This document shows positions 48,801-59,274 of a stretch of 64,000 bases of DNA, one piece after another. Made by a program: the position numbers and the translations under genes. How positions within the stretch are numbered: position 1 is the first letter of the stretch; the number at the start of each line of letters is the position of its first letter. Source of the DNA: a virus; the IMG/VR virus record IMGVR_UViG_3300037153_000606; one strand, written 5' to 3'. The notes beneath the pieces were generated by a model. That model did no database searches. It was not told where the DNA came from and saw nothing but the letters and a program-made list of their open reading frames with translations.

Positions 48801-50584
48801 GCCAGCAGTGGCAGTCCCCGGCCTCCTCGGCGGGCTCGCTGGCCATCGTCAACAAGATCGCGGTGTGCAATGTCGCCGGGCAGGTCAGCTGGGTGGACAC
48901 CCAGACACCGTGGGGCACGCTGTCTGTGGTGCTGGGGAACTCGTTCACCACCGGCACCGCGTCGGCCTCGGTGCCGTTGCTCTACCTGGGCCATTACCGG
49001 CTGATGAACGACGGCCGGGTGGTGGACAGCAACACCGGCCGGGTGGTCGCCACCACCGCCGGGATCGCCACCGGAGATTCGCTGCAGGCCACATTCCTGC
49101 CCACCGCGCTGCTCTCCTCACCGCCGGGCGGCGTTGACCCGACCGTGCAGTCCTGGTCGTTCACGCTCTCCCGCAACGGCACCCAGGTCGCCACTCTGTC
49201 CAGTGCGCACGGCATCGGCACGATGCGCGGGCTGGCCGGTGCGGTCGGCCAGCAGTTCACCTCGTTCAGCTGGGTGCCCCGTGCGGCGGCCGTCCCGGCC
49301 GGGACGGTCATCCCGGCCCAGCCGATGCCCACCGACGGCGCGGAGGACCCGTCCGGGCTGCAGTGGGTGCAGGCCAACGGCCAGGTATGGAGCACTCCGC
49401 AGTCCCCCATGCAAAGTCCGCCGGTGCCACCCACGTGGGGAAGTCTCCCGGCGTGGCAGGGCGGCGCGAACACCATCACCGCCCCGGCCTTCCCGAGCGG
49501 TGATACCCCGGCCATCGTGATGGTCTCGACCGACACCGGAAACCAGTACGGCACGTTCATCTTCCGGATCACCCAGCTCGCCGCCACGATCGCGGCCAAC
49601 ACCTATTCGATCGCGGTGCTCGACCAGCCCAACGCGAACACCCAGCTGCAGCTGCAGGCCAACGGCGACCTGGTCCAGGTGGTGTCCGGGACGGTGACCA
49701 CCGTCAAGGCGGGGGTGATCCCGGCGGCGTCGATGACGACCGGCGACATCGCGATCAAGTACGCCAAGACCTCGCAGCTGTCCACGGCGTTCAAGACCGC
49801 TCAGGGCATCTCGAACAGCAGCGCCCAGAGCATGATCTTCATGGTCGACGACACGGTGGTCGGCACCTACTCCGGCAACAACATCTTCAGCCAGTCGATC
49901 CGGGGGTTGTTCGGTTACAACGACAACGCGGGGCACTACACCATCACCACCGGGTTCGGCTGGTTCACCGACGCCAACGGGGTGACCACCTCCTCGGGCG
50001 ACGAGACCTGGGACGACGTGAGCGCGCACGAGTCGCGTACCTGGGGCGACCTGTCGATGAACATCAGCGAGGACAACCCCAACCCGGTCTTCGTCCAGGT
50101 GATCCAGGAGAACGCCTCGGTCGACTCGTGGTACATGGATACCTTGTCGCTGTTCTCCGACCCGATCGTGTGGGAGTTCTCCAACAACGGCGGGAAGAGC
50201 TGGGTACCCGGTTACGACGTGGCCAACAACCCGGAGGGGGCGGTCGCGTTCAACCCCAAGAACCCGAACGACCTGGCCGCCGTGTCCAACCAGCTCTGCT
50301 ACCGGGTGACCATCTGGGCACCGGGGAAGTGGGTCAGCCACTTGGCGATCCGGCCCTGGTACCAGGGCTTCATGCGGTGCATGCCGTTCCGGCCGCAAGG
50401 CGTCCCGCAGGGCCCGAACATCAACCCGTGGGACCATTACCCGCCGATCGAGCTGGACCCGCGCTGGCAGGTGTGGCACCTGCCGATCCCGCGTGAATGG
50501 TGGTTCGCGTTCCGGGTGCCGGACACCAGGCCGCGCTACATCACTCCGTACGTCACCGACAACGTCGTGGTCAGTGGGGTCTGA
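45800..50584 (+). CDS. Large baseplate/minor tail protein
   Basis: 1594 aa, beta-rich, GC3-biased; DSFQRADSTSLG motif; synteny. Confidence 0.75.
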   Translation: MTSPPAVNPVGTVTALAPLFVDHSDLGIFSQAVNATMQTSPGARQLAGQMFWSTDARPADSPVQETLEISLSSTRLVNWIKFDISIFPTLMAIQYYDAASNNWLPLLDQFGQPYQQMIMRSIPVQLPNPVNVPGHLHPQHSFVGHWRSVSQRLKPTYLQRLRFVLQRLNNGLGPVSPLGDQVPYSLALRSITFGYEVATRADVPRTLPVDDTYNQSFASTDDLLGSAIAFSLRDPVVNRIVDNTDTDADAIWVCEPQPYPGAVVCFYADLRDATGNPQLIDQIYINPVSSGAHVTVYVSNDLTVGGFDSPTTPLDITQVQTVGTTPVTIQYGRLLHFGQYGEQAALAITNVPLDVNDPAMRHKAVLGYDPTLPWWFGVTVSPGFDQGVDTAEHPIFDCGVWRLSLTADGVTLIFADGDAHICPITYQGLQDTSVVVSYDGEGTFHMHARNSSDDQTDDFWVVPLQPTPSPVVTLGTDVGMEYFLNSDLTYMVLKEELADGSDGYLDNPGSYCTVAQFSGNDTPQSHNALLRLDLSATTLIDATHPWGLFGGPSAQYENLVWSPVPRDFVMTRGWMYLPPTEARFVKLEITNLQAVPYDVAVVGPQQVKTFPPQVLDAYRDQLINTASVVPPLGAATQISLSGTVPYELPVFVSTGGNGDRGYTNTEVYISDDYSAQERLRALNASVWNYQTWHVGIRAPRFTSAQVHRYTQETITRTGKVAYQCGLRQISFAYSSFTSQQDTGMYEETFYSDRNINNDPNQTNIVYDPDLDALYSGDTTTKASATSLVYTSLRDVRAVQFAVQQSQPVQLLPDDEFEDPSYSNWTLLGDVAPPQEGIVTSPVFGSLLPIDRQLVGGFWADIEPVYHTWGGITDQGKLYSDLGSNVPKSDETYGGVASAPVTQPAGGRLYAAARVVSDQDLSSPLSLQIMDSVTGQPLAEKSINVKANQVTEWYVGYTVGEGGETTANTWGDLTGAYLNNFPSFSDSFQRADSTSLGLMDSGQQWQSPASSAGSLAIVNKIAVCNVAGQVSWVDTQTPWGTLSVVLGNSFTTGTASASVPLLYLGHYRLMNDGRVVDSNTGRVVATTAGIATGDSLQATFLPTALLSSPPGGVDPTVQSWSFTLSRNGTQVATLSSAHGIGTMRGLAGAVGQQFTSFSWVPRAAAVPAGTVIPAQPMPTDGAEDPSGLQWVQANGQVWSTPQSPMQSPPVPPTWGSLPAWQGGANTITAPAFPSGDTPAIVMVSTDTGNQYGTFIFRITQLAATIAANTYSIAVLDQPNANTQLQLQANGDLVQVVSGTVTTVKAGVIPAASMTTGDIAIKYAKTSQLSTAFKTAQGISNSSAQSMIFMVDDTVVGTYSGNNIFSQSIRGLFGYNDNAGHYTITTGFGWFTDANGVTTSSGDETWDDVSAHESRTWGDLSMNISEDNPNPVFVQVIQENASVDSWYMDTLSLFSDPIVWEFSNNGGKSWVPGYDVANNPEGAVAFNPKNPNDLAAVSNQLCYRVTIWAPGKWVSHLAIRPWYQGFMRCMPFRPQGVPQGPNINPWDHYPPIELDPRWQVWHLPIPREWWFAFRVPDTRPRYITPYVTDNVVVSGV

Positions 50585-50585
50585 C

Positions 50586-52361
50586 ATGCCTGTCGCGCAC
50601 CTCTACCGGGTGGTGCAGGACGCCGCCGGGAACGCCATCGCCGGGGTGCAGGTCACCCTGTGCGACCCGGGCACCGACAACCCGATCGTCGACGGCATCT
50701 ACGCCGACGTGAACCTGACGTCCCCGATGTCCAACCCGTTCACCTGCATGACCGGGGTCATCGACGTCTACCTCTCCCGGGCCCGCACGGTCCGGGTGAA
50801 CGCCAGCTACGGGTCCCAGACCCAGATGGCGGATTACATCGACATCCTGCCCAGCGCCGAGATGATTCTGGCCGCCACCAGCCCGATCGAGGTGGACAAC
50901 GACGCGTTCCCAGGCGCGATCCTGCAGATGATCGACAACGACACTGCCGAGTGGGTCGCCACGCCTGCCGCCGCCGGTGCCGTGGTGGAGATCGTCCCGG
51001 GCAACGACGTCACCGTGGACAACACCGACCCGTCCCGTCCGGTGGTCGGGGTGACCTCCGGCGCGGCCGGTGGCGGCAACGTCACGTTCAAGGGCGCTTG
51101 GCAGTCGATCGCCTATTACCTCAACGATGTGGTCACCTATCTCAACCGGCTCTACATCTGCGTGCTGGACGTCTCGGCCACGTTCATCTCCCCGGATTCG
51201 GACCAGGCGCACTGGGCCGAGATCGCGGCGATCCACGACGGCAACGGCCGGTTGCAGGCGACCGATCCTGCCGCGACCGGCGATCTGGTCACACTCAACT
51301 ACTTCAACACGAACGCGGTCCGTAACCCGCCCCCGTCGGATCTGATCACCGATCTCGGTTCTGGGTCGAACCGGTGGCGGCGCGTCTACACCGGCGCGGT
51401 CGTCACGCCGCCGACCCAGTCCACCCCGAACGGTGCCTCGGTCACCGTCGATGCAACCAAGGGTGATGCGCTGATCCCGCTCGGGTCGACCCCGATCACC
51501 TTCTCGCAGATCATCAACCCCGCCGTCGGGCAACTACTGCGGATCACCTGGGTACAGGGCAACTCACCGGTCACCTTCGTCTGGCCGTCGAACTGCCTGT
51601 TCGCCGACGGGACCGGCCCGCAGGTGCTGCAACCCAACTACCAGCTCACCGTCGAGTTCCGCTGGAACGGGAGCTTCTGGATCGAGATCTCGCGGTCCTC
51701 GGTGGCGCACGGCATCCCGATCGGCGGAGCTGCGGGTCAGATGCTGGGCAAGGTGTCCGGCACCGACTACGACGCGGCATGGGTGCCGCCGCCGATCGCG
51801 GTGCCGACCGGTGGAATCGTTCTGTTCGGTGCGGTCAACGCTCCGTCGGGATGGCTGTTGTGCAACGGGCAGGCGGTGTCGCGGACCAGTTATTCCGCGC
51901 TGTTCGCGGTGATCGGCACGACCTACGGCGCGGGAGACGGCTCGACCACGTTCAACGTGCCCAACCTGTCCAGCCGGTTCCCGTACGGCACCACCCCGGG
52001 CTCGACCGGCGGGGCCGCCTCGCACACGCACTCGTTCAGCGACGGCGGGCACACCCACTCGTCCGCCACGCACTACCACGGACTGTCCGGGAACGGTCAG
52101 GCCCGTATCCACTTCGGCACCAGCCATATCTGGATGGACTCGTCCTCGGCGGGCGCGTCATGGACCAGTGACACCAACTCCGGATGGGGTGGCGGCAACG
52201 ATCTCCCGAACGTCGGCGGGAACTCGAACGGTGCGGCGCTGGGCGGCACCACGGATAACGCGACACCGGGCGCGACCGGTTCCGGCACCGCAAATGGAAC
52301 CACCGGATCGGCGTCGAGCCTGCCGCCCTATCTGGGCGTGCAGTACATCATCAAGATCTGA
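50586..52361 (+). CDS. Tail fibre with tail-collar domain
   Basis: PTGGIVLF..APSGWLLCNGQAVSRTSYSALFAVIGTTYGAGDGSTTFNVPNL; PPYLGVQYIIK. Confidence 0.9.
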   Translation: MPVAHLYRVVQDAAGNAIAGVQVTLCDPGTDNPIVDGIYADVNLTSPMSNPFTCMTGVIDVYLSRARTVRVNASYGSQTQMADYIDILPSAEMILAATSPIEVDNDAFPGAILQMIDNDTAEWVATPAAAGAVVEIVPGNDVTVDNTDPSRPVVGVTSGAAGGGNVTFKGAWQSIAYYLNDVVTYLNRLYICVLDVSATFISPDSDQAHWAEIAAIHDGNGRLQATDPAATGDLVTLNYFNTNAVRNPPPSDLITDLGSGSNRWRRVYTGAVVTPPTQSTPNGASVTVDATKGDALIPLGSTPITFSQIINPAVGQLLRITWVQGNSPVTFVWPSNCLFADGTGPQVLQPNYQLTVEFRWNGSFWIEISRSSVAHGIPIGGAAGQMLGKVSGTDYDAAWVPPPIAVPTGGIVLFGAVNAPSGWLLCNGQAVSRTSYSALFAVIGTTYGAGDGSTTFNVPNLSSRFPYGTTPGSTGGAASHTHSFSDGGHTHSSATHYHGLSGNGQARIHFGTSHIWMDSSSAGASWTSDTNSGWGGGNDLPNVGGNSNGAALGGTTDNATPGATGSGTANGTTGSASSLPPYLGVQYIIKI

Positions 52362-52376
52362 CCGGGGATTCGGAAT

Positions 52377-55300
52377 ATGAGCGCGCTTCGCGACACCATG
52401 CCGTACGACTTCACCAGCGGGCCGTATGACGAGGACACCACCAAGACCTACACATTGCCTTTCGACGTCACCATCGGCGGGATCACCACCGACCAGGTGA
52501 CGGCGTGCTGCTGCGGGTGGATCGCGTTTGGCACCTTGAACTGGTCGGAGGACACCGATCAGGGTGGTACGACCGGGCGGTTCCCGACCGGGGATCCTGC
52601 CGCAAGCGGGCTCACTTCCGGTGGGTTGGTCTGTGCTTTCTTCGCACCGATCCCGACCGGCCAGGAAGGATCGCCCGCCTCGGTCAGCACCACCACCATC
52701 GGCGGGGTACAGGCCTGGACCATTACCTGGCCGTTCCAGTATCTCGGTGGCGACTACATCACCAATGCGTTCCAGGTGGTGGTCTACAACAGCCCCGGCG
52801 GGTACCAGATCGAGATCAACATCGGCTCGATCCTGGTGGATCAGTGGCCGACCGACACCGCACCGGCGGGGATGCCGATGTTCGGTATCTACGTCCCGAC
52901 TGCATCGGGTGAGACGACGATCCTGAGTGAGCCGGTGGCCGGTGCGTGGCTGGACTCCGACTCCGTGCACGGCCTGGCGAACAACACGGCCGGTACTGAC
53001 ACGACCCCGGGCCGCTACACCTACGTCTCGGCAGCCCCTCCTCCGCCGGTCACCCTGCATGCCGTCGCGCACCTCTACCGGGTGGTGCAGGACGCCGCCG
53101 GAAACATCCTGCCGGGTGCCCAGGTGTCGCTGTGCGATCCGGGTTCGACCAGCATCATCCCGAACAAGCTCTACTCCGACGTCAACCTCACCGTGCCGAT
53201 CTCCAACCCGTTCACCGTCCCGAACGGGATCATCGACGTCTACCTGGAACGACCCCGCAGTGTCACCGTGATCACCGTGTACGGCGGCAGCACGATCACC
53301 GCCGACTACCTGGAGCTGATGCCGCTGGCCGAGAACATCCTCGCGGCCACCGGCCCGGTCGTGATCGACAACGACGCGTTCGCCGGTGGCGTGCTGCAGA
53401 TGGTCAACTCGGCGACCGCCGAGTGGGTGGAACCGTCGTTCCTGTCCGGCGGGGTGGCCGAGATCCAGGCCGGTGAGAACGTCACTGTCGATGCGACCGA
53501 TCCCGCCTCGCCGGTGGTCTCGGCCAACCCCGGTGTCACCACGATTCAGCCTGGTACCAACATCACCGTCGATGCCACCGACCCGGCCCAGCCGATCGTC
53601 GCTGCCGCAGGTGCCGCCGACGGCGATGTGGCGGCGCTGATCGCGAGCCCGACCAGCAACACCCACCAGCAGCTGAACACGCTCTACGGCGGCGCGCCGT
53701 CGAAGTGGTTCGTGCAGAACACCCCGTACGCCACGCACACCGCCGTCCCGACCCCGTACGAGGGGGACGAGTTCCTCTACACCACGACCGGTGCCGCGCC
53801 GCGTGTCGCCGGGGACGTGTGGACATACCACGCGAACGCCTGGGCCAAGACCGGCAACATCCTCGGCCCGCAGGGCCCGACTGGTGCTACCGGTGCGACT
53901 GGTCCGCAGGGGACGACAGGCGCGACAGGCCCACAAGGAACCACCGGTGCAACTGGCCCGCAGGGTTCGAAGGGTGATATCGGGGCGACCGGTGTTACCG
54001 GTCCGCAAGGACCTGCCGGTCCTACCGGCCCCACCGGTACGACCGGATCACAAGGCCCGAAGGGCGACAAGGGCGATACAGGCGCGACAGGCCCGGCCGG
54101 GCCGACAGGTCCCACCGGGTTGCAGGGGAATGCCGGTCCCATCGGCGCAACAGGCCCGCAGGGCGACACCGGCCCACAGGGACCGATCGGGCCGGAAGGG
54201 CCGGTAGGGCCGCAGGGTGCGGCCGTCTCGGTGAAGGGCACCGTGGCGACCTCGGCCGACCTGCCCGCGACCGGCAACACCGCCGGGGACGGGTTCGTCG
54301 TCGATGACACCGGGCACCTGTGGTCCTGGACGGGTTCGGAATGGGTGGACTGTGGGGCGTTGCAGGGACCGCCCGGTGATCAAGGACCCTCCGGGGAGGG
54401 CGTGCCGACCGGAGGCACCGCCGGTCAGGTACTGTCCAAGATCGACGGGACTGATTTCAACACGCAATGGGTCGACCAGACTGGTTCCACCGAGGTCATC
54501 GACACCCGTGCCGCCGGAACCTCAGCCGATGATCTGACCACTCCCGGCCTCTACCTCATCACCGCGAGCCATCTGGGCATCGTCAACGCCCCAGTGGTGG
54601 ACTCCGACTGCGTTGGCATCCTGACCGTCGACAGGTTCGATGATGCGTCGGAAGGCACTAACTACATCACCCAGGTTTGGCGAGCCACTGATGTCGACAG
54701 GGGAGGTGATTACTGGTTCCGGTCCACCAATTACCTACCTGACTGGTTTGACTGGACACCCATCAAGATGGCGCTGTACCAGACCGTCAACGACTTCAAC
54801 CTAGTGATGTTACCTGGTGTGTACCAGACATTTGGCAACTACCCAAACGGTCCTGGTTACGGCAGTAACGGGTTGCTTGTGGTGCAAACTCTTGGCAATG
54901 GAGCGGTCAACCCGGATGCGATGACCCCACCGACGCAAGTCCAGTATTGGACCGCTACTCTCAGTAATTATTCCTATCGACGCATCTACACCAACCTGGA
55001 TGGTTGGAGCGCATGGAGTTTCGTCGGTTCTCTCCCGGCAGGCGGGAGTACCGGGCAGGTTCTCGCCAAGATCGACAACAATGATTACCGCGTCCAGTGG
55101 GTTGACCAGGCGGCAGGCGGTGGCGGTACCCCGTCGAGCACCGTCACCACCCAGGCAATCGGAGACACCGGGATAGTCGGCACCAGTACCAACTTCGCCC
55201 GCGAGGACCACGAGCACGGGATGCCCAACTTCGGCGGCGTCACGGCGCAGACCACTCCCGGAGCAGCATCATCGAACGGGTCGGCAACGTCGGTTTCCCG

Positions 55301-57161
55301 CAGCGATCACACGCACGGCACGCCGCTCAATTCGTTACCGACCGGAGGATCCGCAGGACAGGTTCTTTCCAAGATCGATTCAGCTAGTTACAACGTGCAG
55401 TGGGTGACAGTCGGCGTCTGGCGCGGTGAATGGGTGAGTGGCACAAGCTATGCCGCCAATGATGTCGTTACGAGTACCAGCATCTCCGGGGCCAATATCA
55501 CGGCGACCTACGTGTGCACATCAGCGAACACCGGCACATCCGCACCGTCGCTGGACACCGCACACTGGGCCGAACTGGGTGCTCGGCACAACATCAACGG
55601 CAACCTCACCCAGACGGAATCGGGAAACCCGCCGACCAACGCAAGGGAGTTGACACCGAAAAGCTACGTCGATTCACACGACATGCAGGCTGGCGGTACC
55701 GCTGGACAAGTGCTGACCAAACAGTCCGGCACCGACTACGACACTGCGTGGGCAGCACCTGCCGGTGTCATCACACCGGTGCAAACCATCAATCCAGCCA
55801 ATGGCGCGATCACCATCGATGTCAGCAAGGGTGATGCCTATCTGCAGGTTTCTTCGCCGGGGATCACGAGCATTGCGCTCACGAATCCGGTCGACAATCA
55901 GATCTTCAGGTTGACGATCAACCAAGGCATTTCAGGCAGTTTCCCGTACGACGTGATATGGCCGACGAACATTCAATGGGCCGGTCAGCCAGGAACAACT
56001 GGGCCCAACCCGAATATGGCGGCCAATATGACGATCACCCTTCGGTACCGGGCATCGGGTTCGGCGTGGATCGAACTTGAGCGCAGCCAGATGCCCATGG
56101 TCTACAAGGGTTCCTGGTCTGCGGCCAGCAACGCTCGTTTTCGGCGCGGTGACGTCGTGCTCTACAACGGCATGCCCTACGTCGCCACAGCGGACAAGGC
56201 GACGGCCGGGACCTGGGTGCCCGCCGAATGGCAAGCGCTCAGTGACCTGCCTACCGGCGGCACGGCTAATCAGGTGCTCACCAAGGTCGACGCAACGAAC
56301 TACAACACCGCTTGGCAGTCAGCAGCCCGGTGCAAGGTCGACACCTATGCGATAGCCGGTAGCTACACCTGGAACAAGCCCGCCGGGGCGATCATGGTCC
56401 AGGTCATAGGTATCGGCGGTGGTGCAGGTGGCGGATCTGGCAATACCACCGCATCGGCCGTTCTCGGCGTCGGAGGAGCGGGCGGTGCAGGCGGCGGATT
56501 GTTCAACCGCACCATCAACGCTGTGGACATTCCGGCGACTGTCTCGGTCATAGTCGGCGCAGGTGGGGCGGGGGGTGCCAGTGTCTCGGCCAACTCCACT
56601 GCAGGGAGCAACGGTGGCGGCGGGACGGGCTCGTCTTTCGGAGGTGCGACCTTCTATTGCAGCACCGCTACATCGGTTGCTGGATCCGGATCATCTACCT
56701 CGATTCCCTCAGGTATCTACGGCGGGGGTAACGGTGCCGGGGGCGGGAGTGGTGTGGCGGGAGGAAGCGCTATCCCCGCTGTCTCTACAGTCGCTCCTCT
56801 GGGGCTGTTTGCCGGTGCGGGCGGTGGCGGTGGAGGTGGAGGGATTTCCGCTGCCAATGCCGCCGCCGCCGGTGGTTCCGGTGGGGCGACTTCGGCCGGT
56901 TCGGGGACTTTTTCGTCCGGTGGTGCCATCGCGACCAACGGCAGTGCAGGCAACCTCAATGCGTCGACCCCCAACTCGGTGTATGCCGGAAGTGGCGGCG
57001 GTGGTGGAGGTTCGGGGTTGACCGCAGCTGGTGGGTCTGGCGGTGCTGGGGGTTGGCCAGGGGGAGGCGGTGGCGGCGGAGGTGCCGCCCGCAACGGGTA
57101 CACCTCGGGGGCCGGAGGCAATGGTGCGGACGGCTTCGTGCAGGTCATCACCTGGTTCTAG
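52377..57161 (+). CDS. Long tail fibre with collagen-like repeats and Gly-rich C-terminal domain
   Basis: G-X-Y run ~53865-54220; five GGxxGQVL linkers; Gly-rich end [14 protein letters not shown]. Confidence 0.85.
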   Translation: MSALRDTMPYDFTSGPYDEDTTKTYTLPFDVTIGGITTDQVTACCCGWIAFGTLNWSEDTDQGGTTGRFPTGDPAASGLTSGGLVCAFFAPIPTGQEGSPASVSTTTIGGVQAWTITWPFQYLGGDYITNAFQVVVYNSPGGYQIEINIGSILVDQWPTDTAPAGMPMFGIYVPTASGETTILSEPVAGAWLDSDSVHGLANNTAGTDTTPGRYTYVSAAPPPPVTLHAVAHLYRVVQDAAGNILPGAQVSLCDPGSTSIIPNKLYSDVNLTVPISNPFTVPNGIIDVYLERPRSVTVITVYGGSTITADYLELMPLAENILAATGPVVIDNDAFAGGVLQMVNSATAEWVEPSFLSGGVAEIQAGENVTVDATDPASPVVSANPGVTTIQPGTNITVDATDPAQPIVAAAGAADGDVAALIASPTSNTHQQLNTLYGGAPSKWFVQNTPYATHTAVPTPYEGDEFLYTTTGAAPRVAGDVWTYHANAWAKTGNILGPQGPTGATGATGPQGTTGATGPQGTTGATGPQGSKGDIGATGVTGPQGPAGPTGPTGTTGSQGPKGDKGDTGATGPAGPTGPTGLQGNAGPIGATGPQGDTGPQGPIGPEGPVGPQGAAVSVKGTVATSADLPATGNTAGDGFVVDDTGHLWSWTGSEWVDCGALQGPPGDQGPSGEGVPTGGTAGQVLSKIDGTDFNTQWVDQTGSTEVIDTRAAGTSADDLTTPGLYLITASHLGIVNAPVVDSDCVGILTVDRFDDASEGTNYITQVWRATDVDRGGDYWFRSTNYLPDWFDWTPIKMALYQTVNDFNLVMLPGVYQTFGNYPNGPGYGSNGLLVVQTLGNGAVNPDAMTPPTQVQYWTATLSNYSYRRIYTNLDGWSAWSFVGSLPAGGSTGQVLAKIDNNDYRVQWVDQAAGGGGTPSSTVTTQAIGDTGIVGTSTNFAREDHEHGMPNFGGVTAQTTPGAASSNGSATSVSRSDHTHGTPLNSLPTGGSAGQVLSKIDSASYNVQWVTVGVWRGEWVSGTSYAANDVVTSTSISGANITATYVCTSANTGTSAPSLDTAHWAELGARHNINGNLTQTESGNPPTNARELTPKSYVDSHDMQAGGTAGQVLTKQSGTDYDTAWAAPAGVITPVQTINPANGAITIDVSKGDAYLQVSSPGITSIALTNPVDNQIFRLTINQGISGSFPYDVIWPTNIQWAGQPGTTGPNPNMAANMTITLRYRASGSAWIELERSQMPMVYKGSWSAASNARFRRGDVVLYNGMPYVATADKATAGTWVPAEWQALSDLPTGGTANQVLTKVDATNYNTAWQSAARCKVDTYAIAGSYTWNKPAGAIMVQVIGIGGGAGGGSGNTTASAVLGVGGAGGAGGGLFNRTINAVDIPATVSVIVGAGGAGGASVSANSTAGSNGGGGTGSSFGGATFYCSTATSVAGSGSSTSIPSGIYGGGNGAGGGSGVAGGSAIPAVSTVAPLGLFAGAGGGGGGGGISAANAAAAGGSGGATSAGSGTFSSGGAIATNGSAGNLNASTPNSVYAGSGGGGGGSGLTAAGGSGGAGGWPGGGGGGGGAARNGYTSGAGGNGADGFVQVITWF

Positions 57162-57298
57162 AAGGTCTGCTGAGGATGGATTTCGGTTATGTGGGTTACG
57201 AAAGACATCATCTAAGAGATACTGGGGGTTGACAAAGCCCGGTATTTGTTGCCTAACCCAGGACTCCCCGGCACACTCTTGCACATAGAGGAGGAGTG

Positions 57299-57622
57299 AT
57301 GTCGACGCTTGACTATGCCGCCGCGCGTGCCGTGGCGCGGGCGCGACTCCTCGAACGCGCGGTGCACGACTCGGGCCCCTGGCAGATCGAGATCGCCGGG
57401 ATCCGCGAGGACGCGGTCAAGGTCCGTACCCCGCACCGGGTGCTGTTCCTGGCCAATTTCTACTCCGTTCCCGACCCGGACGCCACGGTGGCGTGGCTGC
57501 TCTGCGATGGGCAGTTCCTGTCCTCCAAGGACATCCGGCTCGGCGACTCCGGGCCGTTCTCCATCGAGTGGTCCATCATCGGCCCGGATTCGCTGGAGCC
57601 CTCGTCACCGGCAGTCGCATGA
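57299..57622 (+). CDS. Hypothetical protein
   Basis: GAGGAGG RBS; ATGA overlap with helicase. Confidence 0.65.
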   Translation: MSTLDYAAARAVARARLLERAVHDSGPWQIEIAGIREDAVKVRTPHRVLFLANFYSVPDPDATVAWLLCDGQFLSSKDIRLGDSGPFSIEWSIIGPDSLEPSSPAVA

Positions 57623-59193
57623 CCGCATCACCGGCCGCCGCCGCCCGGCCGGTGATGGACAACGGGCGGCTCTTCCACTCCCCACTCGGCCTATTCGGCT
57701 TCCAGGCCGAGTGCGTGGCACGCGCCTACTACCAGGACGGGCTGCTCGCGGTCTGCGATACCGGGCTCGGCAAGACGATCATCTCGATGGCGCTGGCCGC
57801 GCAGCTGTTCCAGGACGACCAGGTCGACCTCGTCATCCACGTGGCGCAGAAGAACAAGATCGACAAGAGCGAGTTCCCGGCCGACTGGGCCCGGTTCAGC
57901 TCGCTGCGCACGCACGTCTACCACGGCACCAACCGGGGCAGGCGACTGGCCAAGGCGGGCACCCCGGACGTGCTGATCAGCACCTACGAGACGCTGCGCG
58001 AGGACCTGGTCATCTTCTCCGGCCGGTCCGGGCGGGCCCGCACCGACGGCATGCTGGTCGAGGTGCTCAAGCTGCGCACCGCACGGGTGCTGTGGATCTT
58101 CGACGAGATCAGCAAGCTGGGCAACCGGTCCTCCAAGCTGTACCGCGCCTTCGAGTACGTGCTCACCCAGCAGCGCAACCACGGCCTGCCGCCCCGGGTG
58201 CTGGGTCTCTCGGCTACCCCGATGTCCACCGACTACGAGCAGCCGTTCAACATCGGCCGGATCGTCTGGCCCGCCCGGATGCCGAGCGTCACCTACTTCG
58301 AGGACACCTACACCTACGGCCGCGACGACCACGGGCGGCTGCTGTACAAGCGCGGTGCCCGGGAGTGGTTCGCCGCCCAGTTCGAGCCGCTGATCTACCG
58401 CAAGCGGCGCACCGACCCGGACGTGGTCGACCAGATGCCCCGGCTGATGGAGAAGGTGCTCCCGGTCGACCTGCACCCGGAGCACCGTGCGCTCTACGAG
58501 GCCGTGGGACGCCTGTACGGCCCCGATCCCACCCCGAGGCAGCAGGACCTGCTGCTGATGGCCCAGCGGCTCACTGCGGGCCATCCCCGGGCACTGCTGC
58601 GCAGCGGCTCGGAACTGGCCAAGGCGGTGGTGGAGACGCTCGGCGCAGACCGGCTGCGAGCCGTCCCGTCGGCCAAGACGCTACGGCTGATCGAGCTGCT
58701 GTCCACACTGAAGGCGCAGGGCGACCCGGCGTTGGTGTTCTGCGCCTTCGCCGAGACCGTGCTGCCCGAGGTGGCCGCCGATCTGGTGTCCGCCGACCTG
58801 CGGGTGGGTATCTACACCGGAGGGCAGTCGTCCAGCTCGAACGAGGCCGCCAAGGCCGCGTTCAAGGCCGGAGAGCTGGACGTACTGCTGTCCTCGGACG
58901 CTGCGGCTACTGGGCTGAACTTGCCTCAGGCGGCCTACGTGATCGAATACGATGCCGCGTCCACGTTCGCCCTGCGAACACAGCGGTTCGGACGCGGGTT
59001 GCGTATCGACTCGGCCAAGTCCCATGTCTATGGCTTGACTATTGTGGCCCGCCGGACCGTCGAGGTCGGCCTGCTGCAGAGCATGCTCAAACGCAACGAC
59101 CTACAAGACGAGTTGCACGGCGATCGTGGTGCAGAAGGACATCTCGACGCCAAAGTGCGCCGAGATGTCTCCTTCGAGGCGTTGCGGAATTAG
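57619..59193 (+). CDS. SNF2-like SF2 helicase
   Basis: CDTGLGKT (I), FDEIS (II), SATP (III), GLNLPQAAYVIEYD (V), QRFGRGLRI (VI). Confidence 0.9.
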   Translation: MTASPAAAARPVMDNGRLFHSPLGLFGFQAECVARAYYQDGLLAVCDTGLGKTIISMALAAQLFQDDQVDLVIHVAQKNKIDKSEFPADWARFSSLRTHVYHGTNRGRRLAKAGTPDVLISTYETLREDLVIFSGRSGRARTDGMLVEVLKLRTARVLWIFDEISKLGNRSSKLYRAFEYVLTQQRNHGLPPRVLGLSATPMSTDYEQPFNIGRIVWPARMPSVTYFEDTYTYGRDDHGRLLYKRGAREWFAAQFEPLIYRKRRTDPDVVDQMPRLMEKVLPVDLHPEHRALYEAVGRLYGPDPTPRQQDLLLMAQRLTAGHPRALLRSGSELAKAVVETLGADRLRAVPSAKTLRLIELLSTLKAQGDPALVFCAFAETVLPEVAADLVSADLRVGIYTGGQSSSSNEAAKAAFKAGELDVLLSSDAAATGLNLPQAAYVIEYDAASTFALRTQRFGRGLRIDSAKSHVYGLTIVARRTVEVGLLQSMLKRNDLQDELHGDRGAEGHLDAKVRRDVSFEALRN

Positions 59194-59247
59194 CCTCGCC
59201 CTGCCAAGCCATGCCCCGCTGAGCCGCGCCGGGCCTAGCCATGCCGT
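59193..59247 (-). ncRNA. Solo GGY-NN guide-like unit (11 pentamers)
   Basis: gcctc gccct gccaa gccat gcccc gctga gccgc gccgg gccta gccat gccgt, directly at the helicase stop. Confidence 0.75.
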
Positions 59248-59274
59248 GCAGGAGCGAGTCTAGGCTCCGGACCC

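Noticed and set aside
53865-54220. 9-nt periodic DNA repeat
   Set aside because: Explained by collagen G-X-Y coding in the fibre gene.
56380-57140. GGY-rich tract resembling the guide array
   Set aside because: The period is 3 (glycine codons), not 5, and it lies in a Gly-rich fibre domain.
50586-57161. Diversity-generating retroelement or invertible fibre cassette
   Set aside because: No reverse transcriptase or invertase in the window, and no adenine-specific TR/VR pair seen.
57229-57260. Sigma70 promoter at TTGACA upstream of the helicase operon
   Set aside because: The -35 is perfect but there is no convincing -10 at 16-18 nt spacing; left uncalled.
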